A DNA stretch of 63,758 nt, filler included, from Thraustochytrium aureum (GCA_012862495.1; 7 parts of 6 records of this genome joined end to end with filler, not necessarily neighbours in it), one strand, 5' to 3'. Counted from the whole stretch's first letter, positions 44,067-54,014 are shown. Notes: a model not told the origin generated them from the sequence alone. Numbers and translations are program-made.

Positions 44067-46144
44067 TCAGCAATGCGGCTTACGGGAGACCCCCTAGAGA
44101 GCATGTCCGCGATTAGGTTCTCCTCTGACGAGATGTGCGTGGCGCCTAAGGTGAGGAGCGAGCGGAGGCAGCGGGCGCCGATTGCCGCGAGGGAAGCGGC
44201 GAGCACAGCGTCTGTGCGCGCCGCGGCCGCGTAGAGGCTGACCACCGTGACCTGCGAGTCGGAGACGACGTCGACGTGGCCGTGGGCGAATTCAGGCAGC
44301 AGCGACTGCAAACCCGCCTGGACGGCCGCCGCCTCTAACCTATTGATGTGGTAGGCGTCTTTGGCGTTGGCAATCCAGCGGCGCTGGTCTGGGGTGAAGC
44401 GGTGCTGGAAAAAATGAACCGTGCGCGCAGTCGGGTCGTAAGTGTAGCCAGCCGCCCCGGAGAGTGATGCGTCTGTGACGAGTCTGCGGGAAGGGCGGGG
44501 CCCCGAGATGCCTAGCAAGGCAGGCGCGCAGATCGGTGCGGCCAGGACCGACTCCCAAAGCTGCAGCTCCTCGCGCGCGCCCTGGGAGAGGCGGACCCAG
44601 GATGAGCGGGTGGCGAGGCCCTTCCGCACGTGCCACAAGAAGGAACGGAGCGTGGGGGCCGCCACGCAAGCGAAGTTAAGCTTGCCATGAAGACGCTGGA
44701 GGTCCCGCAGCGGAATCACGCCCCGCGCCAGCGCCGAAGTCACCACCTCCTTGTATTGTGCGCACTTCTCCGGGGGAAGCGTCAAGGTGTCGGCCCGAAG
44801 GTCAAAGGTGATGCCGTCCCACGTTACACGCGAGGACGGCCTCCCTTCTAATGCCAACTTGTCTTTCGCGACCGGGATGCCGATGTCGCTGTAAAAACGC
44901 AGGATAGCGTCCCGTAACACATGAATGACTGCTTTGTCTGCCACGAAGATGCTGTCGTCGAGGAGGCTTAAGCCAATGTGGGCACGGAGGCGTGAGGCCT
45001 GAACGGGCGGAAGGCTAGCGGCAATGTCTGCGAGGTAGACCTCAAAAGCCGCCCGGAGTAGAGCGGCGAACCGACTAAAGAGGGCGACCGCGCCACATAG
45101 GCCGAAGGGCATCGCGCAGTGTTGGAACAAGCGACCACCCAAACGGAAGCAGAGCAGGTGGCGTTGGTCTGGGCGGATGCGGAGCTGCCGATAGGCGCTC
45201 TGAATGTCCACCTTGAACGCGCGGAGCCGCCGCAACGCCCCGAGTCCGTGCTGCATGCCGAAACCTCGTAAAGCTTCCAGCAGGTCAACACGGCCCGCCA
45301 AGGAGAGGTCGGGTAGGGCGAGAGTAGCCCGGTTCGTCGACCACGACGCAGGTTTGTGCTTGACAGAATGATCGTCGAGGCGCCGAAATCGGCCAGAAGA
45401 CCCCTTGGGAATCGCCGCCAAAGGGGCAACGAAGCCTGTGTCTGAGCCCGCTAAGGATAGGAGGCGCTGGACATCTAGCGCGGTCGCGCAAGGGCCTAGG
45501 TCTCGGACCCGACCCAGAGACACTTCGTCTCGGACCTCGGCGAGTACGAAGGCCTCGGCCTCCCCCGTAAGGGAAGGATAGTTGTCGTGACATACCGTCG
45601 ATGACAAGGAGGTCTCCCGTGCAGGTAAGTGCCCGACCGGAAAGCCCGCGCGAAGGAAGTATCGGAGGGCGTTGTCCACAAAGAAAGGGGCCCGGTCCAG
45701 GAGACTCATAAGACGGTCATAGTTCAGATCTGGGTGCAGCCGAAGGGACGGGTCCGAGCCCGGGTCGTCGGTCTGATTGTGCGGTCCCGGGTGGCGAACC
45801 GAGGATCGGGAAATCGCCGGCACTCGAAGCCGAGTGCCAGACGCCGCTGTTACCACACCCGGGGCAAGGCTATGGTAAGCTTGCTGGACGGCCGGGTCGA
45901 GGGGGCGGCGCAACCGGGTGCGTCGGGAGAGGCCCCGCCTCGGGTCGGTCACCGGCACCTGGGGTGCCAAATGCGACGGCGCTGGGTTGGTGAACCATAC
46001 ATGCGACCGGGCGCTGCCCTGAAAAGGGAGCGGCACCTGGGCCGGTGCCAAAGGCTCGCGGACCGACGAAATTGTTGTGACCTCCGCGTTGCCTTCGGCG
46101 GGGAAGGTCCGGGTTCGCTGTGCTGGCCCGACGGGGAGGCGCAC
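43325..46144 (-). CDS. Reverse transcriptase-RNase H (pol) of the YR retrotransposon
   Basis: RT motifs: PLAAIPK, RFRRLDDHS, KVDIQSAYRQL, MPFGL, LLDD, WDGITFD. RNase H motifs: LVTDAS, INRLEAAA, SDSQ, HISSEENLIADMLSR. The start codon is uncertain. Confidence 0.92.
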   Translation of the reverse strand: MRLPVGPAQRTRTFPAEGNAEVTTISSVREPLAPAQVPLPFQGSARSHVWFTNPAPSHLAPQVPVTDPRRGLSRRTRLRRPLDPAVQQAYHSLAPGVVTAASGTRLRVPAISRSSVRHPGPHNQTDDPGSDPSLRLHPDLNYDRLMSLLDRAPFFVDNALRYFLRAGFPVGHLPARETSLSSTVCHDNYPSLTGEAEAFVLAEVRDEVSLGRVRDLGPCATALDVQRLLSLAGSDTGFVAPLAAIPKGSSGRFRRLDDHSVKHKPASWSTNRATLALPDLSLAGRVDLLEALRGFGMQHGLGALRRLRAFKVDIQSAYRQLRIRPDQRHLLCFRLGGRLFQHCAMPFGLCGAVALFSRFAALLRAAFEVYLADIAASLPPVQASRLRAHIGLSLLDDSIFVADKAVIHVLRDAILRFYSDIGIPVAKDKLALEGRPSSRVTWDGITFDLRADTLTLPPEKCAQYKEVVTSALARGVIPLRDLQRLHGKLNFACVAAPTLRSFLWHVRKGLATRSSWVRLSQGAREELQLWESVLAAPICAPALLGISGPRPSRRLVTDASLSGAAGYTYDPTARTVHFFQHRFTPDQRRWIANAKDAYHINRLEAAAVQAGLQSLLPEFAHGHVDVVSDSQVTVVSLYAAAARTDAVLAASLAAIGARCLRSLLTLGATHISSEENLIADMLSRGSPVSRIADYFPPNTQFIEISTSTFWQDFLAHPPPTRTAFGAPSPQPPAALTGGASKPGSRSAPGGTSRPLPHPRRGATSSSVSSSANAPSDGRRTGARATRPVVSNPSYKASSSPTSCVASSGGAPSASNTLSAAPVTVPSRVTPPVSGVAPPFDSPSSDFSLGVSPTRATGRSSSSVSSPGSVRTTSCHRPAPASTLAASSAWVGSSKPGMESTSQRSRPSPDKRGRSAFSSGTSQTRCARVAPRRPPDKPRC

Positions 46145-46921
46145 GAGGCCGATGGGGCCTTCCGAGCCGATTCGACCGCGTCTATCCTGACGGACTCGGG
46201 TCGCCGGGGCGACCGAGGAGACGTCGGCGTGGGCCTAGCGTTAGTCGCAAGGTCCCGGCGCTCGGGTAAGGCAGCACCGCGCACGGAGGCCTCAGACGGG
46301 GCCTGCCAGAGTGAAGGCGGAACGCCCCCCGCCCTCACCGCTTCCGCGTACGAGAGGGTGGGCGAGCGAAAACTTTGTTTAGGGCGAAGCCCCGAGGACG
46401 TGACCGGCGGACTCGGGTGAACGTCCAGACCCAAAGGTCGTGAGGGTGAAAGCCGATCCCGCTTGCTCGAGCGTGGGATGGGCCCTCGGCGTGGCGGCGC
46501 CGGCTTACGACCATGCCGGCGGCCAGGCTCCTATTTAGCCGAAGCATGACCCTTCGCGCCGCCTGACGGTGCGCTGCCCTTGGGTTGCTGTTTCGTGGTC
46601 GCAGCCTGTTTTGAGGGGGGCGAACCGACTGGATCGCGACCTCTGTTGTTTTGTCGGCCCTTACGGGCGGACCGCTGCGAAGACCGCGTCGGGCGAGGGT
46701 CACGATCAAAGGAGGGCTTGCTGCAGTCAATGTTCGTTGCGGACGGAAGAGGAACCGTGAGCGCCGCCGAGCGAAAGGACTGAACAGCACTCGCAAACGA
46801 GTCGACACAGTCACGCAGTACGCTGGAGAAGCTTGCATGAAAGGCTTCTCCCGATGCGAGGTTCGCGGGGGCACGTAAGGCCTTAGCGAAGGCACGGGGC
46901 CCGGCCTCGAAGACTGCCGCT

Positions 46922-47021
46922 NNNNNNNNNNNNNNNNNNNNNNNNNNNNNNNNNNNNNNNNNNNNTTAATTAATTAANNNNNNNNNNNNNNNNNNNNNNN
47001 NNNNNNNNNNNNNNNNNNNNN
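46922..47021. other. Artificial scaffold linker
   Basis: 44 N + TTAATTAATTAA + 44 N. Confidence 0.97.
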
Positions 47022-47329
47022 AGGCCGGGGTGGAGATAAGATTATTTGTTTTTGCTGCTCGAACTTTATCCAGCCTGCACAAGAGCGTGCTGAACTGGGT
47101 ACGCAGGATGTCCTCGTGGAAGCCCGCGGTCAGCTCGCGATGATTATGCGCTGCTCACAGAGAAGGAACCAGGTGGATTCGTTCTCGGATTCGTTCCCGG
47201 ATTACAAGTAGTCAGCTGTGAAGGCTGACGCGAGTCGACAAGCGTCGTGCACTTGTCTAAAGCGACACTGCCTGAGTCAACTTGTTAGATGAGTAGTATA
47301 GCTATCATCAAAGACGAAAGTGATCATCA

Positions 47330-47930
47330 TCAGTCTATTGCGGCTTTCACGCACTTGTGAAGCAAGCCACTCTTAAGAACCCTGTCGACAGGTATACCCT
47401 TGTCCAAACGCGTATTTACTACGGCGGCTTCAATAATACCGGTGACTTGATCGCGATGCGTACTCGCCGCTAGGAAAACCTGATGAACCGTCGTACGAGT
47501 GTCCAACGGTATCGGGTTGTTAGCTGCGTCGCGCTTTATTTTTCCTTCCTCGTCGACTTGAGCAAGCGGCTCGAGGGCCTCGATAACAGAAGGCTCCCCC
47601 CCCCTAGAGCCTGGGATCGTCGTTGTCACTCGAACGTAGGCAAACTTCTTGCGCCGTTCATCCGTCAGAATTCTCTTCTCCTTCTCATCTTTGGTCAACT
47701 TGATCGGCCTCTTATTTTCGTCGAGAAACTCAATCTTGTGAGATGCACGGCGCATTCGGTTGGCCTCCACGTCCATGAGCGGGTCTCGACTCTTCGAGCT
47801 CCTCTTAAGCTCCGATTCGATCTCGACAAACGCAAAGAGAACCTGCTTCTCAGTTGGAAGCCTCATAAACTCTCTTTCGCTGCGGAGGTGGTCCATGCTT
47901 GCCGGCCGCTGCAGGTAGTCGTACACGTGG
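47330..47930 (-). CDS. Hypothetical charged protein, 5' partial, with lower GC than host genes
   Basis: Open frame of about 200 codons with protein-like composition, running into the N gap; no recognisable motif. Confidence 0.5.
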
Positions 47931-48825
47931 NNNNNNNNNNNNNNNNNNNNNNNNNNNNNNNNNNNNNNNNNNNNNNNNNNNNNNNNNNNNNNNNNNNNNN
48001 NNNNNNNNNNNNNNNNNNNNNNNNNNNNNNNNNNNNNNNNNNNNNNNNNNNNNNNNNNNNNNNNNNNNNNNNNNNNNNNNNNNNNNNNNNNNNNNNNNNN
48101 NNNNNNNNNNNNNNNNNNNNNNNNNNNNNNNNNNNNNNNNNNNNNNNNNNNNNNNNNNNNNNNNNNNNNNNNNNNNNNNNNNNNNNNNNNNNNNNNNNNN
48201 NNNNNNNNNNNNNNNNNNNNNNNNNNNNNNNNNNNNNNNNNNNNNNNNNNNNNNNNNNNNNNNNNNNNNNNNNNNNNNNNNNNNNNNNNNNNNNNNNNNN
48301 NNNNNNNNNNNNNNNNNNNNNNNNNNNNNNNNNNNNNNNNNNNNNNNNNNNNNNNNNNNNNNNNNNNNNNNNNNNNNNNNNNNNNNNNNNNNNNNNNNNN
48401 NNNNNNNNNNNNNNNNNNNNNNNNNNNNNNNNNNNNNNNNNNNNNNNNNNNNNNNNNNNNNNNNNNNNNNNNNNNNNNNNNNNNNNNNNNNNNNNNNNNN
48501 NNNNNNNNNNNNNNNNNNNNNNNNNNNNNNNNNNNNNNNNNNNNNNNNNNNNNNNNNNNNNNNNNNNNNNNNNNNNNNNNNNNNNNNNNNNNNNNNNNNN
48601 NNNNNNNNNNNNNNNNNNNNNNNNNNNNNNNNNNNNNNNNNNNNNNNNNNNNNNNNNNNNNNNNNNNNNNNNNNNNNNNNNNNNNNNNNNNNNNNNNNNN
48701 NNNNNNNNNNNNNNNNNNNNNNNNNNNNNNNNNNNNNNNNNNNNNNNNNNNNNNNNNNNNNNNNNNNNNNNNNNNNNNNNNNNNNNNNNNNNNNNNNNNN
48801 NNNNNNNNNNNNNNNNNNNNNNNNG

Positions 48826-51720
48826 CTCCCAGTATGGGCCGGGGTGATTCTGTGGTCTCTCGGCGGCGCGGTTAGCCTGCTCTTCGTCGGATGGGGCCTC
48901 GCGCGCGCGAGGGGTGATCGCCTGACTGGGGTGCTGGCCAAGATGTCCGGCCGCGATGCGATGGTGGCGGCGCTGTGCAACCGGGGCGAGTACCCTCGTG
49001 CGCTGCAGCTGGAGAAAGGCATCACCGAGGTCACCGGAGAGCCCGTGGCGCTGCCCAACCCCTGGTCGCAGGTCAGACTCTTTCTGGGCGGGCGGTCGAC
49101 CACCACGGACCTCGCACACGCCTTCAGAGCCACGTTCGCCGCATTTACGCTGACCAAGGGCGGCGGGGACTTCAACGACTACCAGGACTACCTCCTCGAG
49201 AGCGACGGCGAGGATTTCTTCATTGGAGACGACCTCCAGGAGATCCTGCAGAACGCCGCCGCAGAAGGCACGCTCGAGCAGATGTTCGACAAAGCGATCG
49301 AGGCGATCGGAGGCGCGAACGACGGGTCCGCCAGGAAGCTGGAGATGGTGCGCGAAAGGGCCCTCAGAGCCGAGCAGAAGCTATTGCAGGCCGAGGCGGA
49401 GCTCCAGGCGCTCCAAGAGCGACATGCGCGCGAAAAGTTGGGCCTGCAGAGGCGGTCGGAAGAATCCGGCCGCTCCGCGGCCAGGGCCAAGAAGGTCGCT
49501 TTGGCCGCAGACCGTAAGCTGCAGGCCGCCAAAGCGCAAGTCCAGGCACAGCGGGCGAAGAACGCCACCGAGATGAGGAAGATGGCCAACGCGCTGGCCA
49601 AGGAATCCCGGAGGCGCGAGGCCGCGGCCCAGAGCGGATTCGAAAAGAAAAAGAAGGAGGCCCAAGACAGGCTCGCGCGCGCCCGGGAGGAGCTCCAGCA
49701 GAAGCTCGCGAAGAAGACCAGCGACCTCACCGACACCGAGAAACTTGCGGCAAAGGCCGCCGCGAGCCAGGCAGTGCTCGCCAGGCAACTGGCGAAAGCG
49801 AGGACCGACCTGGAGGACGCCCAGAACAAACTCGGGGACAGCCGCAGGGAGATCCAGGAGGCGGAAGCCGAGAGGAAGAAGGGGGCCGAAGCCGAGGCAA
49901 TCAAGGCCGACCTGGAGAAGGAGACGAAGCGCGCCGAGAGACTCAAAAGCCAGGCCGCCCGAATGGCGAGTGAGAAGGAGAGCCTGGAGGCGAAGATGGG
50001 GAAACTGGAGGACGAGAACAAGAAAAGGTTCGAGCAGCTCGCCGCGGAGTTCGAACAGGAGCTCGAAAGAGAGAGGGCGTACTCCCAGAGCGAAAGAGAG
50101 GCCCTCGAAGCGCAGCTCAAGACGAAGAACGACGCCCTTGCCAAGAGACTGAAGGAGGCCGAAGCCAAGTTGGAACAGGAGAGGAGCGCCAGGGCTGGTC
50201 TCGACGATGACTACGAGGAGAAGCGAAAAGATCTCGAGGCCCAAATAGCCCGGCTGGAGGCGCGGGCCGAGGTCGCCAGCAGGGAAGAGGCTCGGCAGCG
50301 GGACTCGCTCGCGGTGCGGGTCGACTCCAAGGAGAAGCGGGTGAAAGAGCTGGAACGAGAGCTCCAGGGCGAGCGAACCAAGCTCCGGTCCAGGCTCGAG
50401 GAGTTCCAAGCCAGGATCACCGAGAAGAACACCGAGGGCGAGGAGGCGAGGCAGAGGTTTGAGGGTGCTTTGGCCAAGATGAACTACGACGCAGCCAACA
50501 GGATTAGCCAGCTGGAGGCCGCCCTCCAAGCGAGGGACGCGGAGGCGCGCCAGGCGCTGGCGAAACTGAAAGAGAAGGGCGAAGAGCTGAGGAGGCTGAA
50601 GGCGTTCTCCCAGGATTTGATATCGAAATCAGGCGAGGATGCGATGCGGAAAATCGGCGGGCTCAAGGCCGAAATCAAGGAGAAGGAGGCCGAGATCAAC
50701 GAAAAGGAGAACGGGATGCTCCAGGCGAGGGCGGAGGCGGCGCGCAAAGAAAGCGAAGCTAAAGCGCTGAGGGAGCAGCTAGCAGCCGCCCAAGGAGAAT
50801 CAGAACAAACCAAGGCTGACCTCGAGAGCGATTTGGCCACCTTGGGGGCCGAGCTGAGTGGGGAGCGCAACAGGGGGCGGCAGGCCCGCAGTAGGCTTGA
50901 CGCGATCCACTTCGAGCTCGAAGAAGCGGTGAAAGAGCTCGCAGACGAAAAGAAGAAGGGCTCCGCGCTGCGGTTGGTGGAGCAGGAGCTGCGGGCGAAG
51001 GTTTCGAGCTTCGCTTCCGCCCTTGAGAAGAAGGAGGCCGAAGTCGAAGCCCTCGGGAAGGAGGTTGCGGGCGCCCGCGACGAGCTAGCGGCGTCTCTGG
51101 CCGACATAGCTCGACTCCGCGAGGCCCTGGCCGAGGCCCGGGACGCTGCTGGAGGAGCCGCCGCGGCAGCGACAGCAGAGGCCCGGAGACTCGGCGGCGA
51201 GCTCGAGCGCTCGGAACGAGCCGCCAGGGAGGCGACCGAGAGGGTGCGGGCCCTCGAACAGAAGCGCGCCGAGGCCGAGGCCAAGTACCTGACCGACATC
51301 TCCGCCAGCGCGAGCGCCCTGCAGAAGACCCAGGAGGCTTTCCGTCGCCTGAGAGACGCGATCGGCAAGAAAAAGCTGCGCGAGTACGGCTTCGATGAGC
51401 AAGGCGACGCCATCATGGAGGAGTGGGTTACTGGCAAGAGGGCACGCGCCGTGCTCGAGGAGTACCACGGCGTGGTGCGCGAGGAGGCCGGCGAGCCCGA
51501 GGAGCGCACCGAGGAGCGCACCGAGTCGAGGCCCGCAAAGAAAAGCAAAGCGGGGCGCGGCTTCAGGGCACGGGCCAGGGATGCAGCGCGGGAAGCCGAG
51601 GCGCGGGTCGAGGGCGCCATGGAGGACGCCGAGGCGCGGGCCGAGGACGTCATGGAGGACGCGAAGGAGCAGGCAAGGGAGTACAAGGAGGACGCACCTG
51701 ACGCTAGAGAAAGAGCGTGA
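48826..51720 (+). CDS. Large coiled-coil protein with an N-terminal hydrophobic segment, 5' partial
   Basis: About 960 stop-free codons: a TM-like segment (VWAGVILWSLGGAVSLLFVGW), about 700 aa of E/K/A/R heptads and C-terminal 11-mer repeats (ARVEGAMEDAE, ARAEDVMEDAK). Confidence 0.75.
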   Translation, partial: LPVWAGVILWSLGGAVSLLFVGWGLARARGDRLTGVLAKMSGRDAMVAALCNRGEYPRALQLEKGITEVTGEPVALPNPWSQVRLFLGGRSTTTDLAHAFRATFAAFTLTKGGGDFNDYQDYLLESDGEDFFIGDDLQEILQNAAAEGTLEQMFDKAIEAIGGANDGSARKLEMVRERALRAEQKLLQAEAELQALQERHAREKLGLQRRSEESGRSAARAKKVALAADRKLQAAKAQVQAQRAKNATEMRKMANALAKESRRREAAAQSGFEKKKKEAQDRLARAREELQQKLAKKTSDLTDTEKLAAKAAASQAVLARQLAKARTDLEDAQNKLGDSRREIQEAEAERKKGAEAEAIKADLEKETKRAERLKSQAARMASEKESLEAKMGKLEDENKKRFEQLAAEFEQELERERAYSQSEREALEAQLKTKNDALAKRLKEAEAKLEQERSARAGLDDDYEEKRKDLEAQIARLEARAEVASREEARQRDSLAVRVDSKEKRVKELERELQGERTKLRSRLEEFQARITEKNTEGEEARQRFEGALAKMNYDAANRISQLEAALQARDAEARQALAKLKEKGEELRRLKAFSQDLISKSGEDAMRKIGGLKAEIKEKEAEINEKENGMLQARAEAARKESEAKALREQLAAAQGESEQTKADLESDLATLGAELSGERNRGRQARSRLDAIHFELEEAVKELADEKKKGSALRLVEQELRAKVSSFASALEKKEAEVEALGKEVAGARDELAASLADIARLREALAEARDAAGGAAAAATAEARRLGGELERSERAAREATERVRALEQKRAEAEAKYLTDISASASALQKTQEAFRRLRDAIGKKKLREYGFDEQGDAIMEEWVTGKRARAVLEEYHGVVREEAGEPEERTEERTESRPAKKSKAGRGFRARARDAAREAEARVEGAMEDAEARAEDVMEDAKEQAREYKEDAPDARERA

Positions 51721-51757
51721 GGGTGTTAGAGGTCGGAAAAAAATCTGTGGCGTGTCT

Positions 51758-53988
51758 ATGGGGCGGCAGATGTTCGAGACCGAAGCAGCGTTCGGTTTGC
51801 AGACGCCCGCAAGGGACCTGGACGACTCGCCCATTGTCTCGCAACGGGCCAACGAGGCCGGCTTTCGCGCTTCGCCCATCGACGCCATCGAACCGTACGA
51901 GAACGCGTGTAGCTTCATCAATGCCAACGGGAAACTGGAGGGGATTTTGGAGGACGGGCGGATTCACGGCGTGATGCCAGGCGTCGTGCGGGCAGAAAAC
52001 GGTACGTGGGCTGTCGCCAAACTCCTTCCGGGTCGGGACCTGGGCGCCGACCACGGCAAGAGCGACCTCTACCCGACCAAGTTCAACGCGGACAACGGAA
52101 TCGCCGGAGTGGCGCATGCGGTGCGAGAATGGCTGCGTCGCTTTAAAGGCGTGAGCGACTACTGGGAGGGCGCGCCGGACACCGCGAAGTACGACTTTCA
52201 TGATTACAAACGGAAGAGGTACATCAATACGAGCGACGACGACGACCAATGGCACCACCTCTCGCTCGAGACCGACGACATGCAAACCCCGCCCTTGAAC
52301 ACCCGGGCGGCGTGGTCGCCCAAGATCATCTTCGACATGTGGTACTACAGAGCAGAGGGCAACCAGTCGTCCGGGACGGAGTTGGAGGCGCTGTTCGACT
52401 ACTGGTACCCGGAAGAGGGCGGCCCCTGGAAAAGGTTCCAGTGGCAGACCACGATCAAGCCATGGAAGAAAAGCGGGAACACCGTAGTGCACGACGGCCA
52501 CAACTACATCATCTACAGACCCTTTCTGTATGCAACCGAGGACCCGCCCCGGGGCGGCTGGTACGGAAAAGACACCGGCAACCCGTCTGCGACGGGCAAC
52601 AACAGGCGGTGGCCCACAGACGGAGGCGAGAGCGTCAAGGGCTTCGACCCGTACTTGGCGACCCCGCACAGACCGAAGATCCAGGTCTGGGTGAGGAACA
52701 AGTCCAGGGGACGCTACTTTGACATCCGGCTCAGAGGATACCACGTGAACCCAAAATACGCGGCATACAAGGCACTGAAGGACCGGTTCCAAATTGACCC
52801 AAAAAGCCACCCCGCAAGGCCTGGTACACCATCGCGAGGAACTCGGCCAAACAGCCCGTCGCGGTCTACATATTCCTCAGCCTCGGCACGATCGTCGGGT
52901 GCGGCGAGAAGAAGACGGTCAAGGTCAATTGGCGCAGCGGCTACAACAGCAAAGTTCCGTGGGAGCGGGGCTCGGACGACGTGGACACCGGCAACAGCGT
53001 GAGTGGGTTCGTCAACCTCGACGACGACATCGCGGAGGACGTGTGCTGGGCCCTCACGCGGGAGAACTGCAACGAAAACACCTTTGCCAAGATCCAAGAC
53101 GGCAAGTACGTGCCGGGCAAACCCAGTCTGTGCACCCACTTCACCAGCAACAACACGCCCTGCGCCCTGCTTCGCCAGGACAAACTGAAGGTCGACGACG
53201 GGAAGGTCTTCGCGGACATGGTCTGCGACTCCAGGACCGGCGGCGTGTTGAAGGAGTGTCTCTGCCATGCGCGCCACCTCGACGAAGTGTACAAGGCAGT
53301 CTACAACGGGGAGGACAGCGCCATCTATGACGAGTCGGGCGGGCAGGCGAGCTTCGACGACTACTGCTGGTGGCAACCATGCAAGATCGAAGACTCGGGC
53401 TCAATTCACGTGACCCGGTCGGCCTCCGGCTGTCCCGCCAGCATCTGCATCAACATGGTGAAGGTGGAGGAAAACAACAACTCGGTGATCAACTTGGTGG
53501 GCGACATGGTGATCACCAACTGCACGGTCACCACTCCCAAGCCAACGGACCCGACCCCGACCGGCACCACGGGCCCAACCTCGGACCCCGGCGGTCCGTC
53601 ATCCTCACCAGTCGGTGGCGGGCAAGGCGAAAAGTCCTCCAAAGGCGTCGACCCCGTGCTACTCGCGAGCGGCGTGGCCGTGGTGCTGGTAGTCATCCTT
53701 ACCGGAGTGGCCTACTACTGGGTACGCAGCCAAGGGGCAGGACAAGCGGGCATACCAGGACAAGTGGGTGGACCGGGAACGGTGCCAAGTCCACCCCCGG
53801 CAACCCCGAAACCTCGACCGGGGAAGAAGCCCAGCAAAGGCAAGGAGTCGCGGAAGCCTCGCACGCCAAAAGAGGCTCGCGCGACCAAGTCTCCGGCGGT
53901 AGGGCCACCTGCGCCCCCAACGAAGATGGTACCAAAAGCTCCTGTTTCCGCCGCGCCGCCCCCGCCGTTCGCAACTCGAGCGAATTAA
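51758..53988 (+). CDS. Viral entry-fusion-complex-like membrane protein (poxvirus A16/G9/J5; iridovirus 2L-like), with a -1 frameshift at 52798-52805
   Basis: MG start. The Cys block ECLC..R..EVYKAV..DDYCWWQPC..CPASICI..NC is followed by a Pro/Thr linker, one TM helix (VLLASGVAVVLVVILTGVAYYWV) and a Pro/Lys tail. The two ORFs join at CCCAAAAAG. Confidence 0.7.
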
Positions 53989-54014
53989 TTTTCACTCTTT
54001 TCTCCATCGCCGAC

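Larger units (their letters stand above)
42920..46921 (-). mobile_element. Tyrosine-recombinase retrotransposon (DIRS order, Ngaro-like), internal region
   Basis: RT, RNase H and an overlapping tyrosine recombinase lie on the same strand in that order; no methyltransferase is seen. The terminal repeats are not captured. Confidence 0.9.

Noticed and set aside
43325..46144. RT as a diversity-generating retroelement, retron or group II intron enzyme
   Set aside because: The fused RNase H and overlapping tyrosine recombinase are diagnostic of DIRS-order retrotransposons; no template/variable repeat pair was seen.
48826..51720. SMC protein or myosin tail
   Set aside because: No Walker A/B, hinge or motor motifs; the similarity would be generic coiled coil only.
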